From NCBI GenBank assembly GCA_047495785.1, contig JBLDXI010000048.1, positions 496,001-560,000 on the forward strand: DNA of 64,000 bases. Direction: 5' to 3'. The stretch's first letter is position 1; each line of letters opens with the position of its first letter. The notes beneath the pieces are model-generated. The model was not told the DNA's origin. It made no database searches and saw only the letters and a program-made list of their open reading frames with translations. Position numbers and translations under genes: made by a program. This document shows, piece after piece, positions 27,101-38,500 of the stretch. Origin of the DNA: Lepidodermella squamata (lineage: Eukaryota > Animalia > Gastrotricha).

Positions 27101-27161
27101 GCCGCCTGGGAAGTCGAACAACGCTCAGAAAAGCATTTTAAATTTTCTCAAACGTCAATGA
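18161..27161 (+). CDS. POLK: DNA polymerase kappa (Y-family, DinB). Exons 18161-18497, 21418-21832, 25958-27161
   Basis: N-clasp (EATKGSAF), VHVDMDAFYASVE, STTNYIARSYG.RSAMPGF, LDEAYLD, SAGIAPN.MIAKIASD..KPNGQ, little finger (RLLGVRLS), one UBZ4 (CPIC...FNQHIDECL) and a C-terminal PIP box QKSILNFL. Splice phases consistent. Confidence 0.95.
20020..21130 (-). mobile_element. PIF/Harbinger transposase relic, interrupted by a MITE, in POLK intron 1
   Basis: Minus-strand peptides EFFARYKFSKRAIVELEEQL, GDELGLHRTT.CKAV (HTH-like), IPGIVSIIDGTHIRI (first catalytic D of DDE_Tnp_4) and LNYQGIV; frameshifted. Confidence 0.75.
20319..20964. mobile_element. Tc1/mariner(pogo)-type MITE with TA target duplication
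   Basis: TA|CAGTATATT...TATAGTGA and TCACTATA...AATATACTG|TA termini; repeated subterminal ATAGTGAAC-like motifs. Confidence 0.8.
21977..22480 (-). mobile_element. Ty1/copia retrotransposon 3' fragment (RNase H end, polypurine tract, putative 160-bp LTR at 21977-22136)
   Basis: VFCDNQACV...RRTKQIRYIIRQLI and, in a shifted frame, TEEMLAGLFTKP (copia RNase H); then GGAAGTGGGAG followed by TGTGG...TCAACA containing AATAAA. Confidence 0.7.
23641..24720 (-). mobile_element. Degraded hAT-like transposase remnant in POLK intron 2
   Basis: IASLLDPRFK motif near 23820-23860; surrounding frames are broken and the limits are approximate. Confidence 0.5.
24898..25237. repeat. Foldback/MITE-like long inverted repeat
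   Basis: Perfect 36-bp arms at 24919-24954 and 25163-25198, outer arms GTTAAGGAAATTT/AAATTTCCTTAAC, and further degenerate pairing inward. Confidence 0.85.
25575..25886 (-). mobile_element. MULE (Mutator-like) transposase fragment
   Basis: HQLFTMH...AIYCLLPNR...FEQASRRAI..VY..TIRGCLFHLMQS is the MULE core; the catalytic D of the DFE motif is lost. Confidence 0.75.
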
Positions 27162-27292
27162 CCAATTTTTGTTTGTCTCATTTTTTGCGTCGTGTTTTAT
27201 TGCTCATTTTTTCAAATATAAGTTGCTATGTGATTTTATTCGTACTAAATATCCAATTTTTGTCTCGATTTTATTAGGCATTTTCGATAAAA
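27162..27292 (+). promoter_or_regulatory. 131-nt T-rich POLK-RPAP1 spacer with an unpaired 3' splice acceptor (AG at 27276-27277); candidate SL trans-splice site
   Basis: TTTTGTCTCGATTTTATTAG lies 15 nt upstream of the RPAP1 ATG. No convincing donor in the spacer and little room for a promoter. Function is inferred. Confidence 0.5.
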
Positions 27293-30200
27293 ATGATAAA
27301 AAGGCCCTCGGCGAAAGATACCGAAGAAGATTTGTTGCGGTTCCAAGAAGAATATCTAGCGAGTATTGGCAAGAAACCTGACCAGTCGAAACGAGTCGTC
27401 AAGGGCGAACCGGCGGCTACTGTTTTCAAAAAAGCTAATGGTGAGATGCGATATTTTATGCGCGGTTAACAAGAGTCAGGCTGGTTAGAAAAATTATCTG
27501 ACCTTATCTTATTTGCTATGAAAAAGCTCGTTTTATTTCTGGCATTGACCTTTCTGAAAGGTTCTACTTCACCTCAATATTATTCCACTGGAATCCAACC
27601 AGGTTCGAGTTTAACTCAGTTGCTACTCTGAGCAAAAAATTCAATTATCCGCTAATTATCCCCTTCGAATACAACGCACAATTAGACAAAACGACCTTAT
27701 TTTCTAAGTTTCCACCTCATTTCGAAGACTATCTAAATATAATAAGAGTTTGATTAGTATCGGAGACGTAGATTTCAGGAGGCGTGTAATTGCGTGTAAC
27801 TGTCAACATCGCCCCAAAGTGTTAGTCGAAAAGTCGTGCAAGGCCGTCAGCCGTCCGCTCCTGGTACTTCTTTCCCTGTAAAAATGTGCAAGTACTTGGG
27901 AGACACACATTGAGTTGATCGAATTTCGCGTTAGAGAGAGTATGTGTGTGTATGTGTCGAGCTTTCAGATGTAGTGAGTCTGTTGTCTGCTCTAACTAGA
28001 GCAAACACGACGAATATCTAAAAAATTGCGATAAAATCACCAATTGATGAATAAATTCGCGGAAACGTTGGACTGCGTTTTTGGACGAATCAGTTGAAAT
28101 CAAACTGCTCCAAGTGAGGCAATGCGATTTGTTGTACTTCTCAATTCTCAATTAATTGTGATTTTCTGCCTCGCGTCAATGGGTAGTTCGGATGAAAACT
28201 CGGATTCCAACAGTCTGATAGGGTTGTTTTCACACATTAATTAAACTCTGAGTCGAGATGAAAGGTGAATACGATGTTGGGCGAAGCAGCTACGGGTTTT
28301 ATTTATGAAATTGGTTAATATTGGTACATATCGGCGCTTAGATTCCAAGGGATAGCGTCATACAGAGAAGACCAAAGCTAACAAATCGGGATTCGGGCTT
28401 CGAAAAAATCCTTAAAATTCGTATAGACCCGAGGAGTGCTAAAATCACAAATAATTGTTGTCTGTAGTTTTATTTTTTTGTGAAATTGTTAATGAGAAGC
28501 TAAAAGGCTGGAATAAGGCAAAATGAGGTGTTGGAGAGCTTTAACGGTTAACCTTGATTCGTACAAATCAGCTTGATGGAACTGTCAGTATTATGTCGCA
28601 AGGACATTCCACGGTCGAGGGAGGAGGTTCTTGACTGCTTTCACAAAATCATCGCGGCTGTTGAAAAACGCACCAATAAGTTGAGAAATAGCGTTTCTGG
28701 CGGTTTTAGTAGATGCTATGAGAGCGTTGAAAAATTCCAAATGACAGCCTGAACTTGCCAGATGGCCGGGATATATGCCGCTCAGCGACAGGCGCTTTCA
28801 ACTACACAATGGGTGCTATCGTAAACTTCAGAGGAAAAAATACGAGTTTCTGTATTTGAAATTTATTTCAAAATTTTCTCAATTTATTGTGATTTTCTTT
28901 CATTTTTATAGCTGCGAGCTCAAGCCGACCTGTTGATCAAGACAGCGATAAAGAGGAAGACGATGATAGCAGCGATCCAGCGTGGTTCCCTCTGTCAGCC
29001 GCCAGATCAGGAATAACTGCCGTGCTAGGCGAAATCGTCGAACGGCCATTCGACCCGTCCAAAGTTACATCGCTAAATTTTCAAGCGACAAGCGGCTTTT
29101 CAACGCTTGAAATATTTCAACTGAGTAAAACTGAAATGAACGCGAAACCGGTGCGAGGCATGAGTTTATTCGCAAGGCAGATGCTGGCGAAGAATAAACC
29201 AGCAGTCGAAGAGCCTAAAAATGACGAAAATATCTCAGAAATTGTTGAAGATAAAAAGGTGGAAGAATCTAAAATTTCGCCGAAATTACTGTCGGAAATC
29301 GATCGAGAAAATTGCGAAAAATTGGCCAAGATGAGCCGCGATGAAATCGAAGCTGATCGCGAGGAGTTATCGCAAGTTCTACCGAAAAATTTGGTTGAAT
29401 TCTTGAAAAATCGGAAAAAGCCAAATACAGCTGCGCCAACTGCTTCGGCGGATAATGAGCCGCAATTGAATGATAAAAATGGATCGAAATCAGCGGTGCC
29501 TGATGATTTGCCGGTGAAACCTGATCCGAAATGGGTGCATATGGATAATGTCGAGGCGGACAAGCTCGAGTGGACGAGAGATGTGCCGATAAATGGTAAA
29601 TTTTGGCCTATTTTTTTGGTAAATTCTCAGTGTGGCAAACAATTCAAAAAATTGCGAAGATATTTTGAATTTTCAAATTTTTTTAAATTGAAAACCAAAT
29701 CATTTTCTGCAATAAGCTCCCAGAATTTCATTGTTCCGATATGAACATTCTAAAACCCACAATTTTGTCGGTACCTTCTACCAGGTTTTTAATCGAAATC
29801 TAGATTTCTAAGAATTGGTCGATATAGCGAAGCATCGGAAAATGAAGAATGCAAGCTTGAACCTTAGTTCTAATTATGAAAATACAGTATGTGAGCAAAA
29901 TGTTCGGCTCACTCCTCAAATCAGGACTTTCTGATAATTTTTAGAATAATTATCTCCGGTTCAATATTCATCGATTATCGATCATCGAATCGGATATTGA
30001 TTTTTATTGGTAGAGGTGATTGATTCTAGGAATATCGATTGGACTAGGCCTCGAGAAATTTTTCGAGCAACTTTAGTGAAGGCATAATGAAACCAGGAAA
30101 ATTTAGTATTTTCGACCTCTTCTAGCGGACAAATCAAGGAACAATCGAATAATCCTCAAAATCGATAATCGATAAAATCGATGAAGCACTGTGCCAAAAA

Positions 30201-33200
30201 TTTTGCTCACATACTGAATTCATACCCATTGTTTTAATTATAATCGATGATTTTTTCTATTTTGATTTTAGCTTCGGCAAACAAGGAGTTGCAAGCCTTC
30301 GAAACGCGGTTCGATTTTGCGGGTGAAATCGCTCCAATTCCAGCCGCAATTCTAACCAACAACGACCCTGACGTGCCGCCTGTCGAACTGCCGCCCACCT
30401 CATCCGGCCTGTACCACCACGGCGAAGAGCCAGACCGGCCTGGTTACACGCTGTCCGAACTGTTGGAACTCGCGAGATCGACCAATGTCCAGCAACGAGT
30501 TTTAGCCCTGCGGACTTTGAGTGAAATTTGTAGAAAGGCGAGGAGAGGCCATTACGTAGCGGCAGGGCTTGATAAGCCAATAATTCCGTGTTTGCTAGAG
30601 GCAGGTCTGGGCTTTGTGATACGAGTCGCTCTGGACGATTCCAATTCAGAAAACAACGCCCTAGCAGCTCTAACTGCCCTTCACAGCTTTTTAATCGAAA
30701 AATCGGACGATTTGTTGCTGGAAAATTATTTTTCCAGTAATTCTCGGGCGAATTTCCCATATTTTGCCAGTCAAATAATTCCGAATCCGACAAGTGATGA
30801 ATCATTGAAAAAGTTGAATGACGGCGATTTGATGGCGAAAGACGTTATTTTAGCGCTGGTTTTTCGCACGAATTTGATCGCAAGGTTGAGGTATATTCTT
30901 TGCGATTGGCCGATTCCGTTGGGCCAGGAGGAAATTCGTGAAAAAATCCTGGAAATTCTGCTGAGAATCGCCCGCCATTCGCCGAGTTGCGCGGCTCAAA
31001 TTGCGAATAATCAACGAATTTTGGCGAAAATTTCGTCGCCGGATTTTGTGAAACTTGAGCCGAAAAGTCTGGAATTGTTAGCGACAATCGCTATTTCCTC
31101 GCCAAATGTGATTTCATCGAATTTTGAACTGAACAGAATTCATGGATTTTTGTCCGAATTGAGGCCGAATTCGAGTGGTTTTAATCTGGCAAGCGGTTAC
31201 ATTCGACTTTTAACCAGTTATTGCATTGGCAATGTTAAAGGAGCGAAAGATGCGATTTTAGCGCTGAGCCAGCATTTTGTCGAGCTGGAAACAGTTGTTT
31301 TATCGAGGTCTGAATCGATTCCACCGCCGGAGATTTACGCATTTTACTCATCAATTTTGCAACTTTTCTCATCGTTGAAAATTGACGATGAGTCGTTCGA
31401 TTTTGAAGGGCCGATTTTTGGCCTCCTCGAGCCGATTTTTGTCATTTTCCCAGCTAAATTTATCGATTGGCTGAAAAACCATTCAACCGAATCTTTGGTA
31501 AATTTCCTTTCGTCAGCCTACCATCTAGCTGGTTCGAAACCAAAAATCGCCGAAAAATTACCGATATCGGTAAAATTTATCGAATTAACAGATTTCGTGA
31601 TGAAAAAATCGATCGAGGAATCGGTTAGTCATTCCGATCGATCGATAATTTTGCGATCTTTCGAATTCAAAAATTCGAAAAATGAAAGCCCCAATTCTCT
31701 GCAATACTTGAATTTGCTCTCAGAAAATGTGCCATGTTCATATTGGGCACTGGCAGGGTCGATATTCGAGTTTTTAGCCTCGGCTCAAAATGATAGAGTG
31801 AAATCGATTTTAGTCGAAAATTTGACAAGTACTGATATCGTGAAGTATCTCAATTCAATCGCGTCGAAAAAATCGCCGGCTGGGTTTGCGACTTCCTACT
31901 TTCATTTGGTTTTGGAGGCGAAATTTTTCGTCAATTTCATCTCTGCTGTTACGAATTTTATGGAAAAAATCGACGAAAAATCTATTTTCGGAGCGTTAGT
32001 CAAAATCTTGCCGCTAGTTCCGAGTTTGTTCTCGAACTTGGTTTGGGACGTGATTTTCGACGGATTTTTGTTCAATCCGAAAATCATCGGCTCCGACTTG
32101 CATGGCTTCCAATCAGTTCGTAGCGTCTATCGCGATGCTTTGTCGGTTTTACTCCAAAATCCTGGTTCAACCTCGTTTTCCTGCCCGGCGCTGTGCAAAG
32201 ATTGGCTGTACTTCCCGTTAGCAGCCGCTGGCATCACGATCTCGCTACAACCGCCCAGCCCTGGTCAAGGCTCGGAAAATGAGCCCGATTTAACGATGCC
32301 GGCTGTTCGGCATCGCGTTGTAGTCGCCGTGTTGCGATTTGTGCGTTTCATGTTGCGAAAAAACGCGACGGTTTTATTTCAAGAATTGACGCCAATAACG
32401 CATTTTGTGCGGCTGGCGGCGTTGTACCTGAACGATGACGTGTTTGGCGGGGCGGCGGGCGAGTTGGAGGGCGTTCGTGGCATGTTGGCCGATTGTTTGA
32501 CGCTCGTCCTCAAAAGCAGTGCCAACGCGTTGAATTTCGCTGAAAAAGTGCCCGGCCTCGACTGCACGCTTGCTGATTTGTAAGTTGAACGAAGTTACTC
32601 GAGATTTTTTTATATAATTTTACTAGCATTTACTAGCACTAAGCACTAATCGTAGGATTTTGCAAAGAAATAGCGATCGATTTAAAGAAAAATTGTAGCT
32701 AATTTCTTATTTTAGACACCTTCTTTTTCGCTTCATTTGGCTCAATTCACAACACGGATTTATGACTATAAACTTTGTTTAATTGTTTTCATTCCGTAGT
32801 TACATCGCACTTCTGGAACAGTTCAAAGCGTCGTCTTATGGGGACTCCGTTTTCGGCAACATATTGCTGCTCTTTTCCGGCGCTGTGCAGCCAGTTGTCT
32901 TCCGCCGACTTCTCTGGGGCGACCACCGGGAAGTGCTCACATTTCTGCGGCACATCAAGCGTGACCAGCTGCTGTTCGATCTCGACAAATTGCTGCAGCC
33001 ATTCGAAAGCAACATCCATGTAGTTAAACAGCTCGCCGAGTTCACTTTCAGTGAATTGATGAACGCCCACTCGACCGTGACGGCCGACTCGGTTCTGTGG
33101 ATTGTCGCCATCAATCACCTGAATTCATTCCTATTCGACTCATCGGGCCACTCGTCCGGTCAGCTGCTACGGAAATCAATGTGGCAAGCGCTAGTTGAGC

Positions 33201-33400
33201 AGATCGATGACCAAAAATCCGGGAATTTAGCGGCGAAACGCGCGAAAATCGCCCAGCTTGTGTTTTACCGATATTCGATATCAAGTGATCACATTCAGTT
33301 GTATGAAACATTGCCCCAGAACCGTTTGGTGTTTTTGAAATCTCTCATCGGTGATGAGGCGAAATTTCAATCGTTTTTAATGACTCTTATGCAGAAATAA
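27293..33400 (+). CDS. RPAP1: RNA polymerase II-associated protein 1. Exons 27293-27440, 28912-29595, 30272-32579, 32800-33400
   Basis: Exon 1, missed by the ORF track, reads MIKRPSAKDTEEDLLRFQEEYL. RPAP1_N (EIDRENCEKLAKMS..EI), KLEWTRD, RFDFAG, RPAP1_C (GLYHHGEEPDRPGYTLSELLELARST..QQR), DWLYFPL, SYGDSVF. Phases consistent. Confidence 0.93.
29885..30216. mobile_element. Tc1/mariner-type MITE in RPAP1 intron 2
   Basis: Perfect 16-bp TIR CAGTATGTGAGCAAAA / TTTTGCTCACATACTG; TA on the left, AA on the right. Confidence 0.8.
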
Positions 33401-33620
33401 TATTCTCGATTGTTGAAAATAAAATGGATTTTTGTTTCTTCTTCTTTGAGCTTCGAGGGGTTGTTCGAGAAGATTCCACTCAAGTCACCTATTGCAGTGA
33501 GCCGAATGCCAGAATAACGAATATATTATGATTAGAGTTCGTATTTGCACATGTCGAGCCACTATGTAACATCACTGAGCTCCATTGCAAAATGGCCTCA
33601 GGTCGTGGGGCTCAACATTA

Positions 33621-33893
33621 CCGTCAACTGGGGTGGGGTGGCAAGGTAAAGACCTTATGAGAGGGGTACTGCTGGATAGCCTGGAGGAGAGGCAATCTGA
33701 AAATGGCTTACGATTTCCATTTTGATTAGGCGGCAGTCACCGAAGTTTTAATAAAAACATGGATTTTTCGAAACTTTCCCAAAACACATCCAGCCTAGCC
33801 TTTCCTTGGGCTATCCACTCTTTCCCCGTTCATGGGTCTTTTCTCACCTTACCATCTTCGATTTTTGATATGACATTGTCGCCCCAGTTGACG
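33621..33893. mobile_element. TA-flanked MITE with CCGTCAACTGGGG termini
   Basis: TA|CCGTCAACTGGGG ... CCCCAGTTGACG|TA with internal inverted similarity. Confidence 0.7.
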
Positions 33894-35552
33894 TAGTTTT
33901 TCGCCTAGTTTTTTCGGTGTAAAGAATAATGACAAGCTGACGATGAAACCACCATCTCAATAACAGTTTCTTAGTTCTTAGCTACTTTTCATGTCACGTG
34001 GGCACGCGGACTTTGATCCTGCGACGCCAAAGCATATAATGTTCCGTCTACTCATCACTAATTTCCAGGCCCATCCTAATTCCGAGGAATTGTACGCGAA
34101 ACACAAAGGCGAAATTTTGTATTTCGGCCACGAGCGCTGATGTCCAACGGCTACTTTCGAAAGTCATGGCGTCTTAATTTCAAAATCAAATTTAGAAAAT
34201 TCTCTATTTGGCTTTTCAATAAGCATCATATGTAAACATCATATTCGCGAAAAACGGGGAATTTCCTGCCATATTTCGACAGCATTTGTTGTATATTCGA
34301 GAAAACAGTTGGATGCATTTTCCAGGAAAATAAATTTTCAATCGGAACTGAAGGTCTCAAAAAACTGTTGAACTTTGAAGCATTGGGTAATCTTTCTGAT
34401 GCTACACGACATTCCAGGTCGAGCCTATACGGTAACAATCAAACCAACCACACGGTTGAATTTATTTGATTCGGATAGTAAGATGGTTTGAAGAATATTT
34501 ACCTATATATTCATATGATTTATCTCGACGTTCATATATGACGTTATCATATCAGCGCCAACTACTGTGGACGTAGTAATTTTCGCTTGGATTAATTTGC
34601 TCGGTGTTCGCGGTGCACAAAATTCAAATTTACCGCCGAAATCGATCGACCGTGAATTTAAAAATATCGCAAAAATTACTACGCTTACAGTAATCAGAGA
34701 AAAAATGATCCGCACGTTAAATTAATCCGAAATATTTGGGTACAAATTTTTCTTGCGACTCTGTTCGCCCTTATCGAATCTGAATTGAGCGTGCTGTTGC
34801 TACTTTTAACGGGGTTAATTTCACTTTGTAGAAAACCGGTTAACACGCTCTCGTGTTGCGTTGATTCTCGAGGTTTTTTTTGCGAAAAACATTCCCGAGA
34901 GCACGCGTTTGAATGCTCTTCTCTCATAGCTTCCGCGAAAATCCCGAATCACGTATTTCAAGGAAACGCAGGTGTTCATACGCTAAAATTGAGTCTTATT
35001 TTTATTTTTCTCTTAAATTACAACCCGTTCAGCCTAAACTCTTGGAAGCTTCGGCCAGAGATTTATTATTGTTTGATGGGTCTCAACTTTTAGCTTTAAT
35101 TCGACCAAAAGAAGAACCAAAATTTTCAACCATGTTTGATTTAATGGAGAATTAATTTCAATAGAATTTTTAAATGATTTTTAAAAATTCCGACAAAACT
35201 AAAAATTCTGCATGATTTTCTTGAAAAAGCCCTATTATCGCTTATAGGTATAACTCGGTATAGGTAACTCGGTGCTCCGTAACACCGAATTTTCGTTGGT
35301 AAACGCGCAGTTTATTTCATACATTATTTTTTTTTATAAAAAACTCAAATATCCAAAAATTGAATTAAATCCACGATTCCCTCTGTCGGTGACTGGCGGA
35401 TTTAGGTTCAACTTGTAAAGTGTGTAGAATCCAAAAGTTTATGTTATATTTCTCTTCGGGTTTAAAATAATCCATAATCGATCTTCACCGGACAATTTTG
35501 CCAGGCTTTTAATTTTAGTTTAATTTTAGATATTATAATTGAATTTAATAGT

Positions 35553-38500
35553 ATGGAACTTATTTTCGTCGTAATTCTATTGAATTTCGCTGGAGCAACC
35601 TTCAGCCAGCAGATGAATGAAGATAATAGTGATGTAAGTCTAAAATATAATGAATGAAGAAGTTAATGGAAAGCTGAATCTATCCGCTTTAGAAGAATAT
35701 ATCTTTGCAAACCTGATGCGAAAAATTACAATTATTTTAGAGATGGTGATTTTGGGAAACACGACGATGTCATGATTTTTCTCGAAATTTAATTTTATTC
35801 ATTACTATAAAGTGAGTTTTGTCAAAATTACCAGACGCTACGGCGCTTCGGTATAACTATGTGCAATTTTTCTAAAATTCTCATTTGCGGTTTGACGGTT
35901 TTATGGTCTGCTAATTAATTTAATTTATTTTTCTCCGCGCCCAGATACAGGCCCAGGTGAAAGCAGCTCAGGAGGCATCGAGACAAGCTACCTTCCAGTT
36001 TGATTCTGATATCAGAAGCCGTCTAGGATTACCATCGGTAATAATAAAATTTGAGTGATTTTTATTTCCCGCGGTAATTATAACAATAAACTCAATTAAT
36101 TAGGTTGCTATTGATGAATACTCGCCTGTTCTGCCGTTTCTCAAATCTGCTGCTGATGTGAAGCGTGTTCATCGCGAATGGCTTATGGAGGGAGATGGAA
36201 CACAGCAGCAGCTGGACGACGGAGCTGAAGTGAATCTACAAGCAGCGAATAACTTGGCATGGTCGCTGCCAATTAATTGGAATTTTAATTGGTTCTATCG
36301 TCCTAGTAAGTTATTAACAAAGTGAAAATTGCTCGTTCATATCGACTTGAAATGGCTCAAAATAATATAAATTTGACCCTTGCTTGGTTGAAAGAAGCGA
36401 TTCGGCCTTTGCCGTATTTGCCGTTGGAAATCATGATTTTTTCAACATTTCATCGAAATATCTGAATCCTGAGCTTTTCATGACCTTTCTGAAACGCCAG
36501 ATCGGGGGACATTTTATTTCTCCATGGCTAGCCATAGAGTATTCCCTTATTCTTCTATGGCTATAGCTATGGAATCCATGATGGAATCGTCTTTTATAAC
36601 TAACAACTATCAAATTTGACATTCGACATTCGAAAGAAAGAGACGATGTCGAGCGAAATCGACATTGACAACTTTGAATCGAGTGGGGTTCCACCGCGAA
36701 GTGAAAATGGCCGACTACGACTTACCTTTACCTTGACCGCTTTGAACTTTACCATCCAAAGCCTTGTCGTCTGACTTTTCTCTCATTTCTTTTACAGCCT
36801 CGAGCAAAATAAGAGTCGCGTTCGAAAGTGCGGTCAAACTCATGGAGGAGAAAACGTGCCTTCCTTTTATACAGCACAGTGTGGTGGATAAACAGAGGGA
36901 GTGGGCTTGGATGGACGTCTCTTCTGGGTGAGTATGAATAACTTACTCTGCGCCTCGTAATTAAAATAAATTGGTTACAAAAATATAGGGGAAGCGTTTA
37001 AAGTAGGACTTTGTCGATTTTGCCAAATTTCAACTAATAACTAGAACTTAACTAAATCACAATTACACAATAACCGTAATGAATTGGAATTCTTAGTATA
37101 GCTAGAAATGATCATCAAAGTGTCCCGATTTTTAAATGTGGAAATAGGTGTCTCAATCGATTGTTTGCAATAGTGTGTTGAACTATTAATCAAAACATTT
37201 TTGCAGGTTTTTCAAGCTGTATGGTCCAGGTGATTATTACGCTATGGCCATCTGGATTGTTGATGTAAGTGCCCATAGCGCGTTTTCATTTAATGTCTTT
37301 AGTTGTTATTTTTTCTAGGATGCGGAACTACTTCTCGGCAATGCCATTGATCTGGTAAAAGCTACAATAGATCGGGTCTTGATTTAAAGAATCGTCTTGC
37401 GTTCTCCGCATTGTCTATAATAAGTAGCTATACCGAAAGTCAGTGGTTTTTACAGAGGTTCACTGAGTTTACAGTCTGAACCCTGGCATATAACCCTGGG
37501 TCCACTGGGATACTGGTTTCTGGTTTCAATGTCACACAATCCTCATTTTTATCGTGATCCGTTATGAATTTTGTCATCAGCTTAAGTATTCATAATTTCG
37601 AATCCGAAACTGTTCGAGTTACCAGGCAAATTTACAGCAGTTGCATTTCTGGCTGGCACAATTTCAGCCTAACTGTTACGTCTGAATGTCTTTCAGATTT
37701 TCATGCATAATCGCTACAACCGTGACGACTACATAATTGTGCGACCAGAAAATACGTAAGCCACATATTTATATTGTACAACTTTCTGGAATACTTTTCT
37801 TCCGCCACAGCGACTACACTGGTAACATTGTACCAAAAGTACCTCAATCAACGTACGATCCTATGGGTGTCCCTTTTGACTTCGCCTCCGCTCTTATGGT
37901 TCATCCAAGCTTTCTCAGGAAAACTACGCGAGCTTTCACGATCGAACCCCGTGATCTGCGATTCATTGGCGCTATGAATTCACATAAACTGTCGTTCAAC
38001 GATTTCAAGGTTATCAACTTGAGATATGGATGCATCGGTAAGTATGAATTTGAAAGCTTGCAGTGACAACGATCAATGCGTCTCTAATTCACCGAAAAAG
38101 TTTACCTATATCGATGCTTGAAGAATTTATGACAATTTTTAAACCGAACACTCACTGTTAAGTAAATTACGAGGCCGTGGCAACCTACAGTTCGAATGGA
38201 AGGTTTGCATAAAAGAGAGGAAAGTTAGAAGTTAGATGTCTCAGGAAATCCTCAACGAAAAATATGAGTCGATCAAACCATTACTCGCGGGCTAAAAAAC
38301 GCTATTTTACTTGTAAGTAGATAATACAGAAAGTGATCCTAAAAACTTTAATAGAATCTTCCTGCGCCAACATCACCAGTCCTGGATGCCAGTTCGGAGG
38401 CTATCAAGACCCAAAGAACTGCTCGCAATGTCGCTGCCCACCAGGTTTCGGAGGCCCCCTGTGCGCCGACCTGCCGCCTTTTCCCATGGAAACCTGCGGA

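Noticed and set aside
27441-28911. TE or nested gene in RPAP1 intron 1 (also CHD1 intron 3 and about 50460-51600)
   Set aside because: Composition hints at relics, but I could not support any diagnostic motif or terminal repeat.
35690-35812. Possible extra exon in the astacin-like gene (acceptor- and donor-like sites)
   Set aside because: All three frames contain stops, and exon 1 joins 35945 in frame without it.
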